Assembly: GCF_001447785.1 (NCBI RefSeq) | Contig: NW_015175971.1 | Location: 1,795,778-1,859,777, forward strand | Length of the DNA stretch: 64,000 nucleotides | From: Gekko japonicus | Lineage: Eukaryota | Direction: 5' to 3' | Part shown: piece by piece, positions 49,199 through 61,200 of the stretch | Layout of the letters: every line of letters begins with the position of its first letter | Numbering within the stretch: the stretch's first letter is position 1 | Translations under genes and position numbers: made by a program | Notes under the pieces: generated by a model | Told to the model about the DNA's origin: nothing | The model's database searches: none | The model's input: only the letters and a program-made list of their open reading frames with translations

Positions 49199-49406
49199 GT
49201 TGTGGGCTGAGGAAATGCATTTCATGGTGTTGGGACCTTGTTAATTTGTCCTAAATGTTACTGAGCAGGACAACAGAAAGAACAAAATTCTGCCTCTGCT
49301 TCTCTCACTGATCCACTGTCTTTCTTGAAGCATATCTGACAGTATCCAGCCTTTCTTGCCTCAAGTAAACTAAACAATAACCTTCTGTTCTGCAGGAAAT
49401 ATACTA

Positions 49407-49410
<4 letters not shown>

Positions 49411-49458
<48 letters not shown>
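49411..49458. repeat. (GT)n microsatellite
   Basis: Perfect dinucleotide run. Confidence 0.98.
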
Positions 49459-49460
<2 letters not shown>

Positions 49461-49580
49461 AAAACCATATTCACTGAATTATTCACCTTCCTAGAAGTCA
49501 ATGTCTGGTCTGTGCTTGCAAGCTAGGCCCAGCTCACAATCTTGCCTCAGTGCATCTCTCATCACGGCCCAGAGACCCAC

Positions 49581-49866
49581 TAAGGTAAAGGTTTCCCTTG
49601 CTCGAAAGCCAGTCGAATCCAACTCTAGGGGTTTCCATGGTCATGTGACCGGCATGACTAGACGCCGAGGCACACGGAACGCGGCTACCTTCCCACCAAA
49701 GCGGTACCTATTTATCTACTTGCAATTCCTTGCTTTCGAACTAGGTTGGCAGGAGTTGGGGCCAGAGATGGGAGCTCACTCCATCATGCGGCACTCAGGT
49801 CTCGAACTGCTGAACTACTGACCTTCCAGCCTGCAGTTCAGCATCTTAACCACTGAGCCACCGCAG
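49581..49866 (-). mobile_element. Sauria SINE with internal deletion
   Basis: Reverse complement of the 35027 copy, lacking ~50 bp before the tail. Confidence 0.85.
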
Positions 49867-49940
49867 GGGCGGCCTATTCTGAGACAAGCCCCACCCCCAA
49901 GCACTGGCACTGCTACCGGCCTTTCGCTTCCCCTCAGCCA

Positions 49941-50157
49941 TAGGGCTGGCACCTCCTGCTTGGGAAATACCTGGAGATTTGGGAGTGGTACCTGTAGAGA
50001 GTGGGTTTGGGAAGGGGGGAGACCTCAGCAGGGTATAGTGGCACAGAGCCCGTCCTCCAAATTAGCCATTTTTAACAGGGAAACTGATCTCTGACATCTG
50101 GAGATCAGTTGTAATTCTGGGAGATCTCCAACTCCCACCTAGAGGTTGGCAAATCTG
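49941..50157. mobile_element. hAT MITE, TAGGGTTGCCA family
   Basis: Decayed TIRs; body matches 22431-22652. Confidence 0.75.
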
Positions 50158-50526
50158 TTAGCCAATACAAGGGGGTGTACAGCTGCCCTTTGGCACCATC
50201 TCCCGGACTTGCGCCGCCACTAGCCAGGTCCAAGCCAAACGCCTACAGTGCTTTCAGTTCCAAGCTAGAACTCCTGTGCCACTTTTCACTGTCCAATGGC
50301 CACACGATTTCCATAGGCCACAGTTTAAGAAACTATAATATCAAGCACACTGGACCAATATATGCAATCACTACAGGTAAAGATAGAGGATAATTGGGGG
50401 GGGGCATAATGCCCAGCAGTAATATTTATAATTATCAGATTTTAATTCCATTAGATTTTATGATTTTGTATTGGAAACCGCCTAGAGTGAAGTCTTGGGA
50501 AAGTTGTGGAATATAAATATTTTAAC

Positions 50527-51043
50527 ATATCTGAGGGACCGCCTCTTCCCGTATATGCCCTGAAGAGCACTACGCTCTACGGATCAACACCTCCTGGTAG
50601 TCCCTGGCCTGAAAGATGTCCATCTTGCCTTGACCAGGGCCAGGGCCTTTTCCACCCGGGCCCCTGCCTCATGGAACATGCTCCCCATTGAGACCAGGGC
50701 CCTGCGGGATCTTCTTCAATTCCGCAGGGCCTGCAAGAGGGCGCTGTTCCGCCGGGCCTTTGGCTGAGGCAGTGGACATCCATGTATGGCCTCCCTGAGG
50801 TTTCTGTCATTCTGGTATTCTCTCATCTATGTAACAACTACTGGCTATGGCCAGGAACTTCCCACAATTTCTTTGCTATCAGCTGTGACCACCATTTTAA
50901 TATTTATAATGATGTTTTAAATTTTAATTTTTTACTGTATTAACTAATATATTTTGTATAAATGAAAGTTTGTTACCCGCCCTGAGCCCGCTCGTGGGAA
51001 GGGTGGGCTATAAATGTGAATTAAATAAATAAATAAATAAATA
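50527..51043 (+). mobile_element. L2 LINE 3' fragment
   Basis: Encodes decayed YLRDRLFPY..RALRS..HLLVVP..TRARAFS..WNMLP..FRRACKRALFRRAFG* (L2 ORF2 end); (TAAA)n tail. Confidence 0.85.
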
Positions 51044-52519
51044 AGGGCCATAAAGCCCCTGATTTTCTCCATGAAATGTTGAAGGATATCTGTTCTCACC
51101 CAGTTCTTTGCAAAGAGTGAATCAGAACCCAACCATTGGGAACAATAGAGGATGCCTCACTGATCAAGAATATGTTTTTTTTTTTAAATCCAAAGTAGGC
51201 ATAATATAAAAACGCAAACATACAAAAGTCATATTATGCCGGCACGGTGACTGATTTCCCCTCCCAGCATTAGTTATTGCTTCTGTCTCCTCTTTACCTG
51301 AAATTATTCATTTAGAATCTACACCTTTTTATACAGGGAAGAGTGGGGGATTTTTTAAAAAAAAATCATTGCACCAGCGGAATTATAAAAATTTAATATG
51401 CTCCCGGTAAAATGAAAAACGAGCGCTTACGATATTGTCTAACACTTTCAAATGTGTTTATTAATTCATGTTTTAAATCATAAGTTTCTCTCTGCAACAG
51501 GAGCCAGCAATAAGCAAGTTTTAAAATATTAATGAATAAACAATAATTTCTCTATTGAAATATATAACATGCTTCTTTGAACAATGCAACACCAAGTAAT
51601 AAATCAACAGCGGCAGAAAATTGCATTTCACATTTAATACAACTTGAACTCTGCCTCTTTTTTATATATAAAATGATCTCTTTCTCTCTCTCTCTTGTTT
51701 AATTGGCGTCAGCTCAGATCTAGGAGATTGCTAATAAAATTCTGGATTTCCATATTTAATGATGCGTGTTCCCGTGATACTGGGTTTTTCCAGAGGGAAG
51801 GAATTTTTTTTTTTTAGCTTTTTAGTATCTTAATAGCATTAATGGATGATCTTCCACCAAAGGAAACTTGGCCTGAATCCTTGAATTCTAGAAAAGGAGG
51901 TGATCTAGAGCACAACACATTTTTTCCCAAACTTTCTAAACTTATGCTAGATTTACAAATGTCGTTTTATAATAGAGACAACTGCGGGGGGGGGGAGAGA
52001 TAACAGAGGTCTATAAAATAATGCCACAATACAGACAAAGCTGATAGAACAAAGCTGATGCTAGACTTCAGCAGCCCCATAGACAGGAATTTTTTCAGGG
52101 GGGCGCTGCTAATTAAATTAAATTTAAAATTAATTTGATTTAACGAAGCAGGGGAGGGAGGGGGAGGAGGGGAAGGGAGAAGAGGGGCAGCGCTGCGCGA
52201 CTTAAGCTCAAGCTCTTCTTCCCCTCCACTGCCTGAGGACACATGTTCAGGGAGGAAGGAAGTGGCAGATTCAGCAGGCCCAGCCACCAGAAGCCAGAAA
52301 GGAAAGGAAAGAGCTCTGCCGACGCTGAGGATGTGCGGAAGGAAGGACAATGAAGCTGCCAGGCAGCCTGGCGGAGGGAGAGCTGGGACTCCTCGGGGCC
52401 GCCGATGCTACCACAGCAATCCGGGAGCCAGACGAGAGGCCCCAGGCCGGCGTGGGTTCGATAGGGGGCGCAGTTCCCAGTGCCTCACCACTGGCTCTGG
52501 CCCTGGACTTCAGGTGCCT

Positions 52520-52800
52520 AACAAAGTGGATGTGCACCAGTTGCAAGATGGGCAAAAGGATACACATTTTGAGACACTGCAAAATTAACTGGTGGAACTC
52601 GCTGCCACAAGGTGGCCACTAACTTAGCTTTAAAAGAGGATTAGCCAGATGCATGGAGGATAAGTCCATCAATGGCTGTTAGTCGTGATTGCTGAATAGC
52701 ACTTCCATGTGTGGAGACAGGTCTGGGAACACTTGTGGCTGGGGACAATAACAGGGGAGGTGCTGGCCTCAAAGCCCTGCTTATGGTCTTCTTTGGCTGG
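52520..52800 (+). mobile_element. CR1 3' fragment
   Basis: GTGGAACTCGCTGCCACA...CTTTAAAAGAGGATTAG..ATGGAGGATAAGTCCATCAATGGCT; similar fragment at 35480-35730. Confidence 0.65.
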
Positions 52801-52857
52801 CGGCTCTGGAGCACAGGGGCAAGTGGGCACAAAAAGCAAAGGATAGGGCAAGTGTTG

Positions 52858-53063
52858 CAATGCTCCCTCTAAGCTCTGGAGTCTTGTGAGCAAAAACTCT
52901 ATTTTGTGAGTTACTGGCATTAAAGTTGTGAGCGAACAATTTGGCTGCTGCATAAATTAATTAGCTCTGGAGCCATCCATCCTGAGCTGAGACAAAAACG
53001 TGTGAGCCAGAGGCTAAAAAGCTGTGAGCTAGCTCACACTAACTCAGCTTAGATGGAACACTG
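52858..53063. mobile_element. hAT MITE, CAGTGTTCCCTCTAAGCTG family
   Basis: TIRs present; imperfect TSD AAGTGTTG/GGGTGTTG. Confidence 0.8.
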
Positions 53064-53568
53064 GGGTGTTGGTGAGCATTTTAGCCCTGCATTCTCACGA
53101 AAAAAAGTTAATCCTTAAATATTTGGTGTAGGCCTAATAGAAGCCAAAAATACTCAGGCCTGTTTGGTGAAACAGAACACAGGACAGGTTTGGAGGTAGA
53201 GTTGTCTGCAGGTGAGCCTTGGAGAGGAGCAATTTTTGGCAAATTTGGGAGATGGAGCAATTAGTCCTATATTTAACGAGTTCTGAGCCTGCCCCCTCTG
53301 TGGATTGATAAGTCCAGAGAATGGGACCAGGTTCAGATAGGGGGTGTCATTCTGCAGAAAAATGTGACCACCCTCCCCAGTGGAAGGGGATTTAATTATC
53401 CCTGAAACTCTTGGAGTAGGGGAGTCACTGCTTGAGTCAGATAGGCAGAGATGCTGCTGCAGACAAGTGAGGGATGGCAGAGCATGACCCCCCCCCCAGC
53501 CGCTTTTCCCGTCAGAGTGGTGTGGAGAGGAGGGCAAATGGATGGGCTGGGCAGCAGAGGGGCAGCAT

Positions 53569-55176
53569 TGTGATTGGGCTTGATGAGGACACCCTAGAGA
53601 ACAAACTCATTGCAGACCCTGAAATGCAGGTGCTCTTAGACAGCCCCCCCCCCAAGGGGCTTTCAGAGAACTTGTAGCCAGCGGTGGCTACTGGACCAGA
53701 AGCCCAGGAGGTTGTGTGAACCAACACCAGAACTTGAGAGTGCTGAAGGACCCATGAAGGAAAGTGGCCAATTGCTAAAGTCCCCACGGTTGCCCCCAGG
53801 ACCCTGAGAGCAGGGAAGACAGGAAGCCCGGGCGGAGGCACAGCTGAGACAGTGGAGTGCACAACTAGTTGCCTGAGACGCCTCTCTCTCTCTCTGCTGA
53901 CAATGAGGCATCTGGAGTCCTAGAGCCACCATAAAGCGTTGCAGGATTCTGGACAAGGTCCAGCGGGGAGTGCCTGTAGACTCCAGGCCACTGCTACAGC
54001 TGCAGGCACTCCGTTCTACAAATGGCCTCAGTTCAGCTCAGTTCAGTTGTGTCATCAACAGCTCCTCTGATAGCGCTTGGCTGGCCTGCGTGTGAACCAG
54101 GTGGCCAGGCTGGGGAGGGGAATAGATGGGGGAAACACAGAGCAAGGAGGGGAGGGGGAGGAAGATTCCAAAGAGGAATGTCTTGCGGTGTGTGGGGGGA
54201 AGCGGAGTGGCTGAGCCGGTTTCTGCGCAGGCACCTGGCTCCTTTCTGCCGCACACCCAGGTGGAGCATGTTATGGCCCGCTGGGGTTCCAGTCCAGGAG
54301 GCAGCGGCCGAGGAGGGGATCCAGCACCCCCCCCCCGCTCCGCACCCCAGATGGCTCTGCTGGGGAGGATTGACTGGCAAGTAAGTTTGCTCGGGCCGGT
54401 GCGGAGGAGACATGGAAGCAGTCGGGAAGGCGGGGAGGATCGGGGCCCGCCAGAGCCGAAGGTTTGGCTCAAGCCTCCCGGCGCGATCCTCCTGGGCTGA
54501 AGTCTGTCCAGTGAGTTGCGAGCGGATCCTGGCTTCCATCCCCCGATGCAGTCTCTCTCTCCAGGAGTTACCCTGCTCGTGTGGCGACTTGGGTGGGGAC
54601 TTCTCCCGCCAGCCCTTCGGGGCACATGGGAGCGAGGCTCGTGTGTGTTTGGAGCCCGACCCGATCCCTTCCAAGGCACCCACCTCCGAGCAGGACGGCA
54701 TCCCTCCTCCGATACACCCTTCCTTGGCAGGAGAAGTCCTCCTCTCCAAGAAGTGCCTCGCCTCGAAGCCAATCACCAGTGTCTCGTCGCTAAGAAAGGC
54801 TTGTTCTGTCCCTGGCCATCGGCGCGGGGAGGCTTTGGGGGGGGGGGGGGGATCTTAGAATTCTAAAGAGTGACCCAAGAGAAGAGGCAGAACCCAGGAA
54901 GCACCTTAAAGGCTGACAAAAACATGTGGCAGGGCAAAGAACCAAGCCGGAGTCCAGCAGGGCACCTTGAAGACCAACCAAGTCGAATTCCGGGTGCCTG
55001 CTTTCGCGGACGAGCACACTTCAGGATCTGGAGAGAAGGGAGCCAGTGACTCACGGAAACGCCTACCCTGCCACAAATGTTGTTAGTCTTTACAGTGCTC
55101 CTGGACTCTGGCTCTTTGCTGCTGCTACAGACAGACTGACACGGCTGCCCGTCTGGATCTGACGAGTGACGTGACA
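53569..55176 (+). mobile_element. Nested LTR-like region (older U3-ORF-type LTR plus CpG-rich LTR-like insert)
   Basis: TGTGA start at 53569, decayed acidic/Arg-rich frame, CAAT- and TATA-like motifs at 53900-53935; segment 54048-55176 is TG...CA flanked by TCAGT repeats; boundaries ambiguous. Confidence 0.45.
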
Positions 55177-55293
55177 TCAGTCGCTGCTGCTGCCCCAGCA
55201 AGGGAGATGGGGGAGCGGTGGTCACCCTAGGGGCGCCAGAATGGATCCTCGCCTAGGGTGCAAAATAAGCTGGGGTTGGCCCTGGAGCTAGAA

Positions 55294-55507
55294 TAGGGTT
55301 GCCAGCCTCCAGGTGGGGCCTGGGGATCTCTTGCTTTTACAACTGATCCCCAGCTGACAGAGATCAGCTCCCCTGGAGAAATTGGCTGCTTTGAAGGGTG
55401 GACTGTATGGCACTGTACCATGCTGAGGCCCCTCCCCAAGCCCCGTCCTCTCCCGGATCCACCCCCAAAGTCTCTAGGTATTTTCCAACCCAGACCTGGC
55501 AACCCTA
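55294..55507. mobile_element. hAT MITE, TAGGGTTGCCA family
   Basis: Perfect TIRs; TSD AGCTAGAA/AGCAAGAA. Confidence 0.85.
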
Positions 55508-58164
55508 AGCAAGAACCTGGCCTGTCACTGCCACACCAAGTGGGCCATGAGGCTGAGCCAGCGAAAGGGGAGAAAGATGGGATTCCCCCCCCCCCAGACC
55601 ACACGGGTCCTCACTTGTTAAAAACTATTTTGTGGGTTGAAGCCAAGCAAGGGTTGGTCAAGTTAGTGCACAGATGAGAGACCTCCTGCAAGCTCCTCTA
55701 TGTACAACATCGTTGGCAGAAGAAAGGCAAGACAAATGTGTAATCAAATAAATAACGGCTTTGCCCGTTGTCAGAGAAAATTAGATAGCCAGGGCGTTTT
55801 CAAAATGGTTGGTTTGCAACCTCAGCTTGAAAAGGTTCTGTACATATAAAGCACAAAAAACCTGCAAATCCTGTTTAGCCAGAAGCAATCATGGGTTGCA
55901 TATTTACTACAGGGGGGAAAAAACCCCTGATATCTTCAGCTCTCTGAAGCAACCCCCCCCCCTCTTTCTGCAACCTGCATGTGCCATCAACTCTGCATTC
56001 TGTAAGAAGGGTTTTGAATGTCTCGTCCTTGCAGTTTTGACTCCATTTTTATTTCACTCCTCCATTGTGCAAACAGAACAAGTAATTATTTTCACATCTT
56101 ACTTCCTCCCATAAAACATACATAATTTTCAGCATTACTTGTGCACCATGAAGTCAGCATGGGGAATATATCAGATGTACAAATAACATACAGTATAAGG
56201 ACTGATACCGTACAAATCACATATAAAAACCATACAATGTGAACATGCAACACAAAAGAATTGACAGACCAATCATGAAAAGTGGAGGACTGAAGCTGTT
56301 GACGTACAAATTAATCTTTAAAAAACAACAACAGAGAGACAAGAAAGGAACCGTTTGCACGTCCCTTGAGCCTGCCTTAAGCACGGGGTGAGGATGTTTA
56401 TACAAAGGAGAAGCCACAAACATACACATCACACCGCACACATGTGTTTATGCCCTAAGCCAGCACCAACCAACGCCTGAAATTAATTGGTTTTAATTGC
56501 CCACGTAAAGCACACACTTGTTGCCACGGGAGGTTTTGCCAGCCTCAGATAAATTAATCCTTTTTATTATGGTACCGTCAGGCCGATGATCAAATAGGCT
56601 TTGATACAGATTTTGGGGATTTATCACCTAGGAGTAAGTTGATAAGCTTGAACTCCAAAGGTTGTTCCCCCCCCCTCACTCCTCTTGGTTCTGCTGCTGC
56701 AGGCAAGAAAGCCGGCTGGCTGCAAATGGCGCTCGCTTTAGAACCTTCTCAGAAGTAGAGCTGGGAATTGAACATGGAGACAAAAGGAAGGGACTTTGGA
56801 AGACAAGTTGCACTTTGGAACTTGTTGCCCAAACTCCAGAATGCAAAAAAGGGGGGGGGAGAAAGACACACGGGGGCGAAGAGCACAGAACACTGGGCCT
56901 CTTTGCTCAGCTGGGTCTCCTAATAGGCCCCTTGCTCTTGAGGAGACAGTCTGTGACAGTGAACTCTCTGGCATCCCAGCATCACCACCATCAAACAGCG
57001 ATGAACCATCTCAATTGTTGATGAGCTCACAGAACAAGACTAGGAGTGTCTTGCAGAGTCATCCATGACCAGGTGCTGGGGTGGGGTGGGGTGGGGTGGG
57101 GCTCAATAGTAGCTTTGCATGCGGCAGGGCCCGAGCCCGGGTCCAGTCCTTTGCATCTCCAGCTAAAGGAGTTAGCAAGACGGGGGGGGGGGTTGTTTGC
57201 CTACAACGCTGGACAGAAGGTGGCCGTCAGGAGGACAGAGAGCACTGGGCTTGGTAGAGCACCTGATACACATGAAGAAGATCCCAGACTGGAACCTCAG
57301 CAGCCTCCAGGAGCAGGTGTTGGGAACAGCTCCTGCAAATTGCAAGTAAAATGTCAAGGTCAGGGGAGGAGCTACTGGTAGAACAGTGTGTGCAGAGTGC
57401 CCTGGGTTCAATCCTTGGTATCTCCACTTGAAGCATCTCAGGTAGCAGGAGGCAGGAAAGGCCATTCTCTTCCCAAAACCCTGGAGAGCTCCAGCCAGTC
57501 AGAGGAGACAGTACTCAGCTAGATGAACCAATGGGCTAACTAGACAGATGCCTCACTTGGAAGTTCCCCCAGGCTACCACCTTGCCTGTTTTCCAGGGGA
57601 TGAAAAGAACATTTTAATGCTATTTAAAGGTATGGTGCAGTGTTCTGATAGTTGGTTTCATTGGTTTTGTGATTTTGATGTGTATGAAATTTAACTTTAT
57701 TTTTGTTTGTAACACTGTAAATCACCACCATGTTGAAAAGACAACCAAGAACGACAGTGCAGAAACACACTCCAGGATTCCTGGCACAGACCTTTCAGAC
57801 CTTTCTAATTTTAATTTTACTTATTTTATTCCCTTCTTCCTTGTGTGACTCAAGCCCATGATTCTTTGTTTTCACACCATTTTGTTTCCTTGCACCAAAT
57901 ATTTCCCCACAAAATAGATGCATTTTTCCAATGGGCTTGTGCGTCATTTAATCAGCATTACGCATATATGATGCATATACATTGTGCATCATATGCATAA
58001 ACTTCGTGGGAAGACCACACAACATGCCCACACGATACAACACAAAACCAAAAGTGAAAAGTGTAGAACTGCAACACCTGACAAAAAATATTAGCAATAC
58101 AAAAAGAAACAAAATAAGGACCGTGTGGGCTTCCCAAGCTAGGTTGTTTGCGGAGGCTCACAGC

Positions 58165-58230
58165 CCTGTGTGGTGCAGGAGGTTGGACTAGATGACCCTG
58201 GAGGTCCCTTCCAACTCTATGATTCTATGA
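58165..58230 (+). mobile_element. CR1 extreme 3' end
   Basis: GGTTGGACTAGATGACCCTGGAGGTCCCTTCCAACTCTATGATTCTATGA. Confidence 0.8.
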
Positions 58231-61200
58231 GTCTAACTTGATGAATCATGCCACCAATCAAGGAGTCTCTTGGCCCATCACATTCTGACCAGGAGATGGA
58301 AGATGCAACACGGCAAGGATCTGTGGAGCAGGCTCCACACTGGGAGGGTCCATGACCACCTGTGGCCCCACCTCCAAACAAGAGAGGAGGAATACGAGGC
58401 GTGTGCTCCTGCCACTAGTTGTGCATGTCCAATCTGGGGCTTGGGCAGCAGGCTTGTAGCGGCAGCTGCTTGCGTCTGCCCTATCTGGGGCTCAGGCTGC
58501 TGGCTTCCAGCTGCAGATCCCTCCCCCCCCCCAACATGGGGTGTGAGGGTCATCCCATGCTTGGCACTGGTGAGGAGACCAGTGACGGGGTGGCAGTGAT
58601 TCTGGGGCTCCATTCTGGACTTTTGGTCAGGGTTCCAGAATCACTAAGACTAACCCTGTTCATGCTCTTCCAAAAAAAATGTTTGGCAACTTTTGGTCTG
58701 ATTCCTCCCACTTCTTCTCAGTTGCCCTTTTCCTTCCTCTGTGTCCTCACTGTCCTCTCCTTGGCTTCATTTACTCACAGTGCCCTTTCATCTGATTGGC
58801 TGTGGCAAAAAGTGATCATGTTTACCAGCATCAGGGATGTCACCCCATCAGCGACAGAACTGGGGCACCAGTGACCAAACCACATGGGTCACTGCAGGCA
58901 ACAGGACTGAATGACAGTGTGAGCAAAGGATGCTGAGGATGGTGAGGATGAAGGAAGACTGGCACACACCTGTTTACAAATGCTCTGAAGTGCCAAGAAC
59001 AGGAGAAAACTGTTCCAACACTCATGAACTGAAGAAGGGGGAAAGTAGTAGTGGCACTTCTGCCATAATCCAAAGCCACGCTGCTTCTTCTGCAGGGCCA
59101 GCTTCCTTTTGTGTGCAGAGTCCCTGTTCAGAGCATTAATTCTCAGGGATTATCATCATAATAAATTCTATTGCCCCATTGCGATAGACTAAGAAAACAG
59201 TGACACGACAAGGAACAGGGAGCAGATCACAACTCCTTCGTGGCTAATACAATGCCACACGCTGCACATCACTTGCCGGGTTTATCCTTCACAATTGCAT
59301 CAGAGCTCTTTGTGGCATGGAGATAGATCAAGCCCTTCAGAACTAATGGCTTCCTTTCCTTCACAGTCCATGGAACAGAGACATTAAAGCTAATGAAATA
59401 AAATAAAATAGGCAGATCTTTGAAGGATTCTGTTCTCTCTCTCTCTCTCTTTTTTAAAAAATGTGATTTTGTTTAAATTAACAAAACCCTGGAAAATCCT
59501 TTGGTTATTTAGGGCTAAAAAGAAGCTAGCCATGGAATGCATAAAACCCAGAGCACTAAACATGTAAACAGCATAAGGGACGTGCAACTACATCAGCAAT
59601 ACAGTTGTACTTCATGTGAAGATGCAAAGCAGCCGCTCACCACAGGCGAGTGGGAATTTCTTCCAGGTGACAAGACATGGAGGTTTCTGTAAAATGGAAG
59701 GTTGGTTCTTTTTTCTTGTTTCAGAGCAGCAACTGTGCCACACAATTAACTACCCTACATGGGCAAATGGACTAGGAACTTGTCTAGATTTATTTACAAA
59801 ACTGCCAGCTATCAGAGCAGGAATGGTTATGGAGTATTCATCCTTTGGAAAGGAAGGCAGCACAGTTATCAGCCAGTCTCCAAAATTAAGCCAGTCTCCA
59901 AAATTGGCTCAATTTTCCTTACATAAGCCAATCTCCAAAAGTAAGCAGGGTCAGTACTTGGATGGGAGACCACCAAGGAAGACTGTGTAGTGGAAGGCAG
60001 TGGCAAAACACCTCTGCTTCTCACTTGCCTTGAAAGCACTTTGCTGGGCATGCTGTCAGTCAGTTGCAACTTGATGCCAATTTGGGAAGGGCTGAGATCG
60101 AAAGAAACTTAAAATAACAGTACTTCACCCCTGTAAATCAGACTGTGATCTATCTCACTCCTTACTGTCTACACTGGCAGTGGTTCTCAATGGTCTCCTG
60201 CAGAGAAAGGTCTTTCTCAGTACCTGCTTCTTGTGGTCCTTCAGCTGAAGATTTCACAGACTGAATCAGGAACATTCTGCATGCTGTGCACACACACATA
60301 CACACACCGCGTTCTAATACGGTATCTGCCTTAAAGCATTATCTACTCTGACTGATAGTGAATAGAAGACTATTTTCCAACACACGCCAAAGATTGAGCA
60401 TGGAACCATTTCTGTGCTCCAAGCTATGATTTCCAAGCTTCCACCTTATCCTGACTGTGGAAGAAGAAGAATGTGCCGACAAGTCACAACTGACTCATGG
60501 CGACCCCCAACCATGGGGGTGTTTGAGAACTCAGGAGATGAGCCAAGGTGGTTCTGCCATTGGCTTCCTCCACGTAGCAACCCCAGTTTTCCTTGATGGT
60601 ATCTCCTTAAGGGCATGGATAAGATCTGCTAGTAATGCCAGATAGCACCCTTGCTTTCCGCCAGAGGCCAAGGCCTTACATAAGCCAATGCTGCTCAATT
60701 AGGGTGCACCCATCGCTGGCAGAGTGTAGCTGGCAGCTAAAACAAGCAAGGCCATCAGAAAGGCTTACTTTAAACACTGGCGCCTACAGTAAACCTTTCT
60801 GATGTGCGACTAAGCCTCAAGGACACCCACTTTTAAATCATTTGCCAGGGAAGCTGAAGCCTAGAAGGGAAAAAGCAGGACTTCGACAAACTCCGAAGTA
60901 GGCCCCCACCCCCTTAATGTCATAAGGAAGCCCCTTAATTATGCCTACTGGGCTGAGGGGGCCCACCAAGGGCTGCCCGAAAGGTGGTTGATGGCCCTTC
61001 CGTGAACCTCATCAGCCTGTGACAGGGTTTTGCCTGTGGCCAGTCGAGCCGTGATCAAGATGAGGGACGTCTTTTGTGCTCGTTCAATTATGCCGCCCTC
61101 ACTTCCCGCTGACACACTTTACATTGGAAACACGATTTCTACAGAATTATAGTATTAAGCTAGGCATGCGTACGGAGGCCAATAGATCCATGGGTTGTCT

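Noticed and set aside
54126-54500. ORF starting MGETQSK, resembling a myristoylated retroviral Gag start
   Set aside because: No recognisable matrix or capsid motifs follow; it lies in a GC-rich LTR-like segment where several overlapping frames are open by composition.
54033-54776. Longest ORFs in the window (247 and 244 aa, minus strand)
   Set aside because: Overlapping open frames in high-GC sequence, Pro/Gly/Arg-biased, with no domain signature.
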